In this document: positions 23,801 through 35,800 of the stretch, piece after piece
Layout of the letters: every line of letters begins with the position of its first letter
Position numbering within the stretch: the stretch's first letter is position 1
From: Podarcis vaucheri
Lineage: Eukaryota
Reading direction: 5' to 3' (one strand)
Length of the DNA: 64,000 bases
Assembly (NCBI GenBank): GCA_965113315.1
Contig: OZ220378.1
Notes under the pieces: model-generated
Told to the model about the DNA's origin: nothing
The model's database searches: none
The model's input: only the letters and a program-made list of their open reading frames with translations
Position numbers and translations under genes: made by a program

Positions 23801-26800
23801 CCTGGCATTGCACAACACCAGTGAAGGAGGTGAGTAATCCTTGCTCACCCTACCCTCGTCCCTTGGGATGGGGCGCAGATTGGAAGGGGTACGAGCATAT
23901 CCGGATCTCGATCCCCTTCGCCTATGACATCTGCCCCCACCGCCATACCTCCCTCGCCCCTTAAATGAAATTAAGGGAGAGGACTTGCTGAATAAATAAT
24001 TTGAAATTGGAATACAGAAAGGGGAGGTAGGAGGAGGTCAGCGAAGTAAGGTATAAGAAAATAAGGGATCAAAATTATACTTGTTTTTTCTCTGTGTTTT
24101 GTTTGTTTTCTTTATATAATTTCTGAAACTTCAATAAATATCTATTAAAAAAAAAGGAAAAAAAGGAAGTTACAGGTCATGCAGTGATAAATGAAGCAAT
24201 ATGCCCACCCTGAAACTTTTGCAGGCGCAAAAGTTATTGAAAATGGAACTTCATTACTATCATAATTTCTCTGGAATTGCTGTACAGTCGTACCTCGGGT
24301 TAGATGTGCTTCAGGTTGAGCGCTTTTGGGTTGCGCGTCGCAGCAACCCGGAAGTAATGGAACACGTTACTTTCGGGTTTTGCCGCTCGCGCATACGCAG
24401 ACGGTCAAAATGACGTCATGCGCATGCGCGGAATCGCGACCCGCACAGACGCGGGTTACGTTCGCTTCAGGATGTGAACGGGGATCCGGATTGGATCCCT
24501 TTTGTATCCAGACGTACCACTGTAATGCTGCTTACAAATTAGATACAGCCTTTTGACCATGAGTTGTATGATGATCTGATATCACCTGAGTTTCTCTTTC
24601 AGTTTGACTACTTCACCAGAAACATGATTAAAGTTAAAACAGACTAGTAATTTTTGAAAATGCAAAATTTGGACTGCGCCAATTCTCCATGAGACGCAAG
24701 TGGTGCTGTGGTCTAAACCACAGAGCCTAGGACTTGCTGATCAGAAGGTTGGCGGTTTGTATCCCCGCGACGGGGTGAGCTCCCATTGCTCGGTCCCTGC
24801 TCCTACCAACCTAGCAGTTCGAAAGCACGTCAAAGTGCAAGTAGATAAATAGGTATCACTCTGGCGGGAAGGTAAACAGTGTTTCCGTGCGCTGCTCTGG
24901 TTCACCAGAAGCGGCTTAGTCATGCTGGCCACATGACCCGGAAGCTGTCTGCGGACAAACGCCGGCTCCCTCGGCCAGTAAAGCAAGATGAGCGCCACAA
25001 CCCCAGAGTTGGCTGTGCCTGGACTTATCAGTCAGGGGTCCCTTTACCTTTACCTAATTCTCCATATTAAATACATCTTTGATAAAATGAACTTTAAGGC
25101 TAGACACCATCTTCCAGATTGTGTATTGACTATTGATTCCATTGTTAACATCCTGCCTCCTTTTTTGTAATTAAGCTTAACGTCCCAGAAGTATTTTTTT
25201 AGTCAATGGAACATTTCTTTGTTCTGTATGCATTGCACTGGAAGTTAAGATTTAATTTATTAATTTTGGATGTGGTTAAATTAATTTGATTTATGTAAGC
25301 TGTTTGTGATTGGCTGTTATTTCTAACTTAATTATTTATATAAGTGAAATTCACTTTTTAATAATAAATAAATAGAATTGTGTATAACTGCTCTGATACC
25401 AAATCATCATGAATGTACAATAGAAAAGATGCTCAGAAAAATATTCCCAACTCTTACTGTATTCAGAACATACTCCCTGACTGAATCTTTGGTTTTAGGA
25501 ATAAAGATACATATTTTTTGTTGTTGTATCCCTCCAGTTCCATGTGCTTTTTTCTTTTCTTTTCAGCACTTTCCAGTTGGATACTGATTCAGCTTTGCAG
25601 CTTTGCATTGAAACACACCTCCAGAATGCTAGCATGAGTCATGCTGAAGGGTATTTGGGGGGGCATTCTGGGAAGCAGACTCATGCATTGGTAGTGGCCA
25701 GAGCTGCAGAAACAATCCCTCTTCTGAAAAGCACTACTGACTTGGTTACAAGCCTCAGTGTAATGTTGCACAAGGTAAAACTTACAGGCTATGTTTATCC
25801 CCCAAACCTAAATTCCACAGTTTCTATTCCATTGTATGGAATAGGGCAGTATTAATTAGAAGGATGGACTGATTAAGCCTAACAGTTTTTTGCAAATAAT
25901 TTTTCATACTAATTAGAAGTAAGAGGCCGAAACTGTCTAGTTTCAACCCCACCGCTTTTAAGATGAGGCCACCCGCAGACCAACCTGCTCTTAACTAGAT
26001 TATGACAGCCCGCTAGACCCATCTCAGGAAAGTACCTCCAGAGCAACTAACTTTTATTTAATACTTCATTACAGAAGATAGATGCCCAACATTACAGTCT
26101 CCAAGAGTCACAAGTTGTGCTCAATTTACTGTCCCTGCCACATGTGATCATTGCATGCACTTAATAGCTGCATGTGAATTTGACCTTGGAATGGTTAGTA
26201 TTTAACTTTGTTCTATCTAAACCAGGGTTTGAATCTGGTTAGCAAACCTTGGTTATGAGAGAACCTGGTTATCACTATCCATGGTGAAGGTCAGCAGGGG
26301 AAGAGCAAGGGGCATTCATGTTTGTGACAGCAGAGTCACTGAGTGGAGGCAGCATGAGCTTTGTTTCTGTCCTCAGCAGCCTGACGTGTATTTGTTTTTA
26401 TGAGCTTTATCTTCTGGGATTTATCCATTCCTTTTGGTTTGTTCTGTGTTTTTGTTTCCTGTTTGCTTCTAATCCCTGGAACAGTTTGAGCCATATGACT
26501 ATGAAAGGATTGAAAGTCTTCTGACAATCATAGAAAAGGCTGGTGTGGAAGCAGCAGGCATCTCTCTGAATCAGGTAAGATAATGAACTGAGCCAATTAA
26601 CTTACGGAATTGCAATCTGGCTTTTAGATAGGGGATCTGTTTGATGAACTATGGATTACTCTAACCCAGTGCTGCATATATAATCCATTTTGAAGAGAAC
26701 CTCTAGAATCACCTAGAAGTTTCAAGTAATACTTGTTACCAGAAACAAGTCGTACTGCTAGTCCATTTGAAAAGTTTGTACTTTACAGGCATTCTTCTTA

Positions 26801-29800
26801 AATAATTTGTTAAGTAACGACATTTGTTCAGTCGCCCTGCCTGAATCTTAATCCAGGGTGTGTATATTTATCTTTTAAAAGCCAGCTCTGGAATGAGCAT
26901 TTTGTCTTTGTCCCTCTAGGCCCTGAAGCTCATAAAACTCCTGAAATCCTATAAAAGAACTTCCACTCCTGGAGATCTGGAACATCAGTATGCCTTTGAA
27001 CAGGCTATTCCTTTATCACCAGCTGCTCAAACCAGGCTGCCTTTCCACTTGATCTTCTTTAGAACATTGCAGTGTTTCTGGAAAATCATTTGTAAGTTTG
27101 CAAAAAACACACACAACAAAGCACCACTTTTTAAACCTCAAATGAAGAGAGATGCATTTAAAGTATTTTCCCTGCTTTCCTCAGCTGAAAAAAGCTCCCA
27201 GAACAGCTGGCAGCAATCATTAACTTAAAAGTAGCTTGCCCTCAGCCTTACAGTCTTACAAGACACAAGAGGAAAGGGAGTAGGAAGGAATGTGGGGCAG
27301 GGAGAAGTGAACTCAAGCACTCTGTTCATGGAACATAAGAAGAGCCTCCTGGATCAGGCCACTGGTCCATCCAGTCCAACATCCTGTTCTCACTGGGCAA
27401 ACCCACAAACAGGACCCCTCTCCCTCCTTGGAGTTCCCAGCAACTGGTATTCAGAAGCATTACTGCGTCCAAGTGGGGAGGCAGAGCATGGCCCTCCTGG
27501 CTAATGGCCAACATGAAATTGTCTAGTTGTCTTTTCAAGCCCTCATGCTGGTGGTCCTCGTTGCCTCCTGTGGGAGCAAGTTTCATAGTTTAACTATGCA
27601 CTGCATGGGAAAGTCCTGAATCTTCAAACATTCAGCTTCATTTGAACATTCACAAGTTCTAGTGTTATGAGAGAGGGAGAAAAACTTTTCTTTACCCACT
27701 TTCTCTGTGCCATGCATAATTTTATAACCTATCATGCTACTTCTTATTCTCCTTTTCTGTCAAGTCCCCGGTGCTGCAACCTTTCCTTATAGGAGAGTTG
27801 GTCCATCCCCTTGATAATTGTGGTTGCAATTTCCTGTACTTTTTCCAATTCTACTTTTTTAAGGTGAGACATGCAGAACTGCGCACAGTATGTTTGCAAG
27901 TCTTCTTTCTGGCAGGAAAGCAAGCTCCCTGCAGCTGCTCATTCTTAGGCTGATGGTAAAGGTACATTTGCAGGTGTGGACGAGAGGATATTTGATTGAC
28001 AGGATTACTCCTCCCACTGACTCAGATAGGCAGGGTTCTTTGATGTGTTCTGTCTCCCCACCCCATGCCCCCCCCGGGGGTACTCAGGTACAGGGTACTG
28101 GCACTCTAGGGGGGGTGGTTTAAAATGTGGCACTTCTGTAACAACTTAATGGTGAGTACCAGCACCTTTTTTTCTAAAAAAAAGCACTGCACTGGCAAGC
28201 CTATGGGGCCCTGCGGAAAGTTCCCCCAACTCCAGCGGGTGCAGAATGCCACGGCGAGACTCCTTATGGGGTCCTCGCTGCGAGATCACATTCACCCGGT
28301 GCTATACCAGCTGCACTGGCTCCCGGTGGGGTACAGGATCAGGTTTAAGGTGCTGGTTTTAACCTTTAAAGCCCTATATGGCCTAGGACCCTCGTACCTA
28401 CAGGACCGCCTCTCCTGGTATGTCCCACAGAGGAACTTACGGTCTTCAAATAAAAACATCTTGAAGGTCCCAGGCCACAGAGAGGTTAGGCTGGCCTCAA
28501 CTAGAGCCAGGGCTTTTTCGGCTGTGGCTCCAATCTGGTGGAACGCTCTGTCACAAGAGACCAGGGCCCTGCGGGACTTGACATCTTTCCGCAGGGCCTG
28601 CAAGACGGAGCTGTTCTGCCAGGCCTTTGGTCGGGGTTCAGTCTGACTCCCTCTCCCCTTTCATAAGAACTTGCATGAAAGTGGCCTCCCAATTTTTCTC
28701 ACAGGCCCATATAAGTTCAGCACAAACAGTTGGGGCTGGGGAGCATTTAAGGTCCCCAACCCTAATCTGCGGGTTGCCATCCGATTGGATTTTATTCTGA
28801 TCCTCATCTGATTTGAGGATGTATTTTAATTGATTGTCTGATTTTATGTTAATGTGTTAAACATTTGATGTTAGCCACTCTGAGCCCGGCTTTGGATGGG
28901 GAGGGTGGGATATAAATAAAAATTATTATTATTATTATTATACTTTTTTGAATAATTGGCCTGGCTCTGTGGTGCTGTGCCATAAAAATGTTAGTGTTGA
29001 GGGGTCATCTGTAGCTCTGCCAGTTGATCTGGAGGCAAGATCACTTCTCTCCCTGGTTGGGGAGACGAAACGTGTGAAAGAGCTCAGCCTGTCTCAGTCA
29101 GTGGGAGGAGGAGTCGTCCTGTCAATTGAAAATCCTTGAGTCTGCTTCTCAAACCTTCTCAAAATCCATGGTAAGAGCCATTTTCTGTTTACTGATAGCA
29201 TTTGGAAAATCATTTATGGCTTTTCTTTTTATAGATCCAGAGCTCAGTGAGGAATCATTCCCAAAAATTCTCTTGATCTCCAAACTTTTGAAGGTAATGA
29301 TGAGCATACTTTTGATCTTGTTTTAACTTGTGGAATTAGCTTATTGCAAGATGAGATGAACGCAACACAAACTTAGGGGGCATCTTTCTAAAAGCAGATT
29401 AGGTAAATTCATGAAAGGCAGGCATATCAGCAGCTTTTAAAGGTGGCTCATAATTGGTAAATGGACCCTCCATGCACAGTGGCAATTTACCTCTAAACAC
29501 CAGGTGCTGGGGCAGACTTACTCCTTCCCCACAGGAGAGAGTGGCAAGGGCATTCAGGGATGCCATTCAGATGGGGTCTAAACCAATGGTATCCCCAGAC
29601 ACTCAAGCCAGCCCCTTCATCAGTATGGTCTGAGTTTTATTCCTTGGCTACATTAGAATATGACCAAATGGTGAGAGAGTGAGGTGGAAAGTATAGAACT
29701 GACATATCTAGAAGATCCTTTTTTCACATCATCTCCCCAATTCAAGGTGTTTAGTATTAGTGCACTAAGCCATAAACCGCTTGGAAGCCAAAGCCTGCAA

Positions 29801-32800
29801 TTTACACTCAATTTACTTAACACAATTGTAATCTTACGTGCATGTCTGAAAAACAAACAAATAGAAAAGAATGGAAAAAATAGGGGGGAAACAGAAGAAA
29901 AATGTCAAAAGGGGGCGGAAGAGCAGGAAAAATGATTGGCAAGCCTATCAGCCATTGCATTCACCCCAGGTGAGTGTTTGAGTGTGGTCAGACAGAGAGT
30001 GGGCCGAGCGAGAGCACGGAGAGCAATGGGGAGGTAGTTGGAGAGCACTTGCAGATGGTCAGTAAGCATGGAGAAGGTGGTTGGAAAGTAAGCAGAGGTT
30101 CAGTCTGAGAGCCTGGTCCCCAAACATAAGGCAGCTTCCTCCTCAATGGATGGGAAACCTAAACAGCAGAGACGTGTTCCCACACTGGAAGAGAAAGCGG
30201 CTGTGCTGGACTTCTTGAGGGATGGCATGTCTGCCTGCAGTGTGGCATGCAAATATGGCTGTAATGAATCCAGCATCTGTGCCATCAAGATCTGAGAGGA
30301 GGAAACGCACAGGGCTGTGGCAGCGGTGAACCAGGTGTGTGACAAGGCCTTAGTCAAGACTAGAATGGCATTAAGCTTGTGGTTGGAAGATGTGAACCAG
30401 AAATATGTGCCTGTTGATGGCCAAAAGCAGGGGGGCCAACTTGAATAAAACATTGGGGGGCCCAGGTAAGCCCCTCCCTGCATAATGAATCACAAGATGT
30501 GACACCCTCCCCATTTGAATGACAATGCCTATTAACTTTGGAGGGGGCAGCCCCCTCAAATATTTTATTGGGGGGAACTGAAGGGACTCCAGCCCCTAGG
30601 AGTTGGCTGCTATGGCCAAAAGGCTTTTACCTCCGCAGACTTGAAACCTTCCGCAGGATGCACAACCAACCTGTGAAGGAATTCAAAGGCAGCGCTTGTT
30701 GGCTTCACAGGTTTAGGAGCCATTTCAACCTCAAATATGTGCACATGACTGGGGAGGCTGTAACTGTGGACAGAGAGGCAGCAAAACTATTCCCTTGGCA
30801 ATTAAAAGAGCTGCTTGGTTGGCATTAACCTGTGAGAGGGTCTTCTCGGTCGTCTACCCTCCCTGTTGTCTGCTCCCTTCTTTATAACTTTTTAGAGGAA
30901 TTTTAAAATGTTCCCATTTACCCAGGCATTTGATTTCTATTCCTGGTAATCTTGTGATTGTTCTTAGATATGTTTTATTTTTGTTCTATTGTTTTAAGGC
31001 TGGTGGGTTTGCCACCCTGGACTCCTTTAGGAGGAAGGGTGGGATAGATAATTATTTTTATTATTTGTAGCCAGCATCTGCTTGTAAGAGTTTGGGAGGT
31101 ATCTGCATATTTGGAGGGGGGGCCCAAGACTCGCAGGAGGTAGGTAGGTAGATAAATGGAGGAATACCAAAACAGCCAAAGGAGGACTGGGTGTGTTCAG
31201 TAGCTGTGAAATGCTAGCTGACAGGGGGAGGGAGAAGTAGAAAAGGGGACAGGGAGAATGGAATGTAGTGTTGGAAATCTGAGCAAGGGAACCCCACACT
31301 TAAGCATTTTGTTGCGCATCCCACTTGTAATACCCTTAAGTTTGTTGGGTAGAAAGATCTCACACTGCCCTGTCAGTTTTTGTGCTCTTTTTTCAAGGTT
31401 TCACTGGATACCCTCTACACATCCGCAGCTAACCACCTGTTTCAAGAAAAATTGAAGCCGAAAATGCTGGAACTGGCAAGAAGAGGATATTTGCTGACAT
31501 CTAACAAGGAAATTGCCAAGACCATGCAGACCATTCAGTCTTACTTGTTGTCTATAGCTAATCCAGAATGGGCTACAGCGCTCGCCTACAAGATCTTGCA
31601 AGAACTTCCAGCAGGTTAGCGGGGAGTATAGTCTTTTTAAAAGGGCATTTTGCACATCAGTTACAGTGGTACCTCGGGTTACAAACACTTCAGGTTACAG
31701 ACTCCGCTAACCCAGAAGTAGTACCTTGGGTTAAGAACTTTGCCCCAGGATGAGAACAGAAATTGCACGCTGGCGGCAGCGGGAGGCCCCGTTAGCTAAA
31801 GTGGTACCTCAGGTTAAGAATGGTTTCAGGTTAAGAACATACCTCCGGAACAAATTAAGTTCGTAACCAGAGGTACCACTGTACTTGAATTGATGCCCAT
31901 ATGGATAAAGGAAGCTGCCTTATTGTGGACCATGTGAGTTGTCTAGCCTAGCATTGTCTACTCTGATAGCAGTTCTCCAGGATCCCAGGCAGATGAGGCT
32001 GTTTTGCTCTGCAAGAAGATGCTGGGGGTTGAAACTGGGACCTTCTACATGCAAAGGAGATGGTCTTCCTCTCAGATATGCCACTTCCCAATATGCCTTC
32101 TAGTTCTGATTTATTCAGAATGTGAAATGCACTCCGTATTTTCTTTAAGGGAGCCTGTTGATTATTTATGCACCGGCAGACGAGTGATTCCTACACTCCT
32201 GCCTCTTCAAACCCCCACCTGTTTGCCCTTCTGAAGTGAATATTGTTTCCTGAAAGTTATTGACACTCTTGCATTGCTCCAGTCCTTGCTCTTTTTGAAC
32301 TGTGGGGACTCCATTGGTTGCTAAGGGTTGTATCCAATGTGTTATTTAGTGGTACACTGTTTTCTGCTGGAAAAATGTTTTGCGCCTACTGAACTTTGTT
32401 GCACAACAGATTCCACAATCTGCTGTACGGTGGCACCTCGGGTTAAGAACTTAATTCGTTCTGGAGGTTTGTTCTTAACGTGAAACTGTTCTTAACCTGA
32501 AGCACCACTTTAGCTATTGGGGCCTCCTGCTGCTGCTGCACTGCCGGAGCATGATTTCTGTTCTCATCCTGAAGCAAAGTTCTTAACCCAAGGTAATATT
32601 TCTGGGTTAGCGGAGTCTGTAACCTAAAGCATGCGTAACCCGAGGTACCACTGTACAACTTTTGCAATGGATTCTTTGTTGCACAGCGTTAAAACTCGCC
32701 CATCCACTTGAGCAAAAGCCTTTGCACTATTGGACAGAGAACAGGTCTTACACAGGAATATGGTGGAGCAGCCAGGCCTCTTGTCTTGAGTGACTTCTTT

Positions 32801-35800
32801 ATCTCATGGTCCCTTGTTACTTTCCACATTCCAGAGTTAAGCTTTGCCATTGCAACCAGACTTTTGCTGATGAATGCCATCTCAAACAGTTTTGAGATCT
32901 AAGCAGGGAGGAAGGGGAAAGTGACTGAGAGGGTGCTTTAATGTCTTCTTTCTTTTCTTTTTTCCCTTCAGGATCCACCAAGGCCCAGACTTTGAAATTC
33001 TGTTGCAGTTTAGCTGAAACGTGGCTGAAGAATACAAATGTGACGGTATTAACTCTTGCACTACAAGCCTGTTATCAATATTTAGAGAACAAGTTTGAAT
33101 TACACACACATGTCATAGAATCATAGAATCATAGAGTTGGAAGAGACCACAAGGGCCATCGAGTCCAACCCCCTGCCAAGCAGGAAACACCATCAGAGCA
33201 CTCCTGACATATGGTTGTCAAGCCTCTGCTTAAAGACCTCCAAAGTAGGAGACTCCACCACACTCCTTGGTAGCAAATTCCACTGTCGAACAGCCCTTAC
33301 TGTCAGGAAGTTCTTCCTAATGTTTAGGTGGAATCTTCTTTCTTGTAGTTTGGATCCATTGCTCCGTGTCCGCTTCTCTGGAGCAGCAGAAAACAACCTT
33401 TCTCCCTCCTCTATGTGACATCCTTTTATATATTTGAACATGGCTATCATATCACCCCTTAACCTCCTCTTCTCCAGGCTAAACATGCCCAGCTCCCTTA
33501 GCCGTTCCTCATAAGGCATTGTTTCCAGGCCTTTGACCATTTTGGTTGCCCTCCTCTGGACACGTTCCAGTTTGTCAGTGTCCTTCTTGAATTGTGGTGC
33601 CCAGAACTGGACGCAGTACTCCAGGTGTGGTCTGACCAGAGCAGAATACAGTGGCACTATTACTTCCCTTGATCTAGATGCTATACTCCTATTGATGCAG
33701 CCCAGAATTGCATTGGCTTTTTTAGCTGCCGCGTCACACTGTTGGCTCATGTCAAGTTTGTGGTCAACCAAGACTCCTAGATCCTTTTCACATGTACTGC
33801 TCTCAAGCCAGGTGTCACCCATCTTGTATTTGTGCCTCTCATTTTTTTTGCCCAAGTGCAATACTTTACATTTCTCCCTGTTAAAATTCATCTTGTTTGT
33901 TTTTGCCCAGTTCTCTAATCTGTCATACATGTGTGTATAAGTAAAATAACATGCCATTTCTCAGATTCTGCTCCACTGGTGAGACCAGGAAACAGAACCA
34001 GGGGCTGTGGCTATGCAGATAAGAGGAGGCTTGATTCCAAGTGGTTGGGATCACTGGAGACAGGGAGTGCACTTTACTTTCTCTCCCCATTTGCTCCTAT
34101 GGTCAGACGTCGAGTACGGTACTGGTGGGTATTGGTGCCATAGGGCACAAACCCTTCCCTTCATTACTGACGCTGAGTTGCCTTATCCACACTGACAGGG
34201 ACTTTGCAGAGATGTACAGTCTGTCTTCCAGCAGAGTATGCATGTGTCTCTTCACACAAATGCTGCCTTTCATAATGACAGACAGTGTTCTAGCTTTTTG
34301 GTTTGGTTGGTTGGTTTTCCCCCCCTTACAAAGCACATAAAGCTGTGTGCTGTACAACCATTTTTAAGTGTTATAATTTATTAAAATCTTCAATAAAAAT
34401 GATATTAAAACAAAACATTTAGAAAGAACCCCACAGAGCAGCCCACACCCACAGATGTGATACAAAGGAAAAAGGTACCTGGAGGGAAAAGAGAGATAGA
34501 GAAAGTTCCAGGAGAAGAGAAGCCATGGGGTATTTTGGCCCAGCTGAGGCAGTGAAGTGGGGTTGTGCCTTCTTGCCTCTGCAGCATTCAGGGAGTTCAG
34601 GAAGAGAGGAACATATGTAATAACCTGAAATAAGCTGTCACAGTAAGATGCAAGCTTTGCATGCAGCAGTTGAACTTAAAGGTTTTACTGGCAATCCATT
34701 CTTATTAGCTTATTGTTTTCGTTTTTCCATTTGTTTGTTGATGTTAGCTCTGCTTGTAAATGAAATGTTCTGTCTTCCGATAAAGGATGACTCTCGTGAA
34801 AAGGCCCGAGTGCATCTGAAGAAGCTGCAGATGCAACGCCAGAGATCTGCTACTGAGGCTGTACTTGCAGAGCACAAGCTGCACTCTGAGAGCCATCAGA
34901 AGCTCATTGGAAAACCTGCAAATCTGGTTGTTTTGCTTTATCAGCACAGCAGCATATCCGAAAGATTTCAGAATCCATCTGGCAGAAATTACCCAGGTTA
35001 GGTCACACCTCTCTTGTCTTCTGGGAGAGCCCGCACTTGCCTGGGACCCTTATAAAAGCAGCGCTCCTGCGGACCAGACACTACTGTTCCCACTCTGCTA
35101 CCAAAAAAGGCTAGAGGCAACACAAGGATTCTCTGTTTGCACACCTTTCTTCACAATTCATTGGCTTGACTAAGGTCCTTTGTCAGAAAGGTGGCCTGTT
35201 AATATTTTCATTAATAAATGAAATAATAGTGTTTTGTTTGTAGTCCCCCCTCCCGACTAAAGCTTTTACTACTGGCTCCCTGACAAACTAGTGGTACCTG
35301 GGCAGAGCAATGGCTTAAAAACTGTGCCTGGAAACTTGACTCTCCCCCCCCCCCCTTATTAAATTTCTATACTGCCCTTCATCAGAGGATCACAGGGCAG
35401 TTTACAATATAAAAACACAACAATACGTCACAGTATGAAACAAAAACAATAACTGCCCCCACCCAGTTTAAAAGGCCATAGACTGTTAAATCAGCCAAAG
35501 GCCTGGGAGAAGTCCTCAGCATCTTATCAGGCAAAGCAGCTTCCTTGAAATATGGCTTGCCTGCAACTGCCAATTATCCTCTGCGATGCCTGTTGATAGG
35601 AAGGTGTAAGGCACTTTCTCATTTTATTTATGTTGGGCACTGGTGCATTCTGAACAGTGTGTATACAAGCTGGAATGAGGATTTTGTCATAAAAATACTC
35701 TCTCTCTCTGTGTGTGTGTAGATATCCATGCAATGGCTAAAGAAATAGCTGAAATTAACAACTTGGATATGGAGAAAATACGGAATATGCTATTAGAAAA

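Noticed and set aside
21655-23837. Plus-strand ORFs of 89-175 aa
   Set aside because: Antisense shadows of the L2 ORF.
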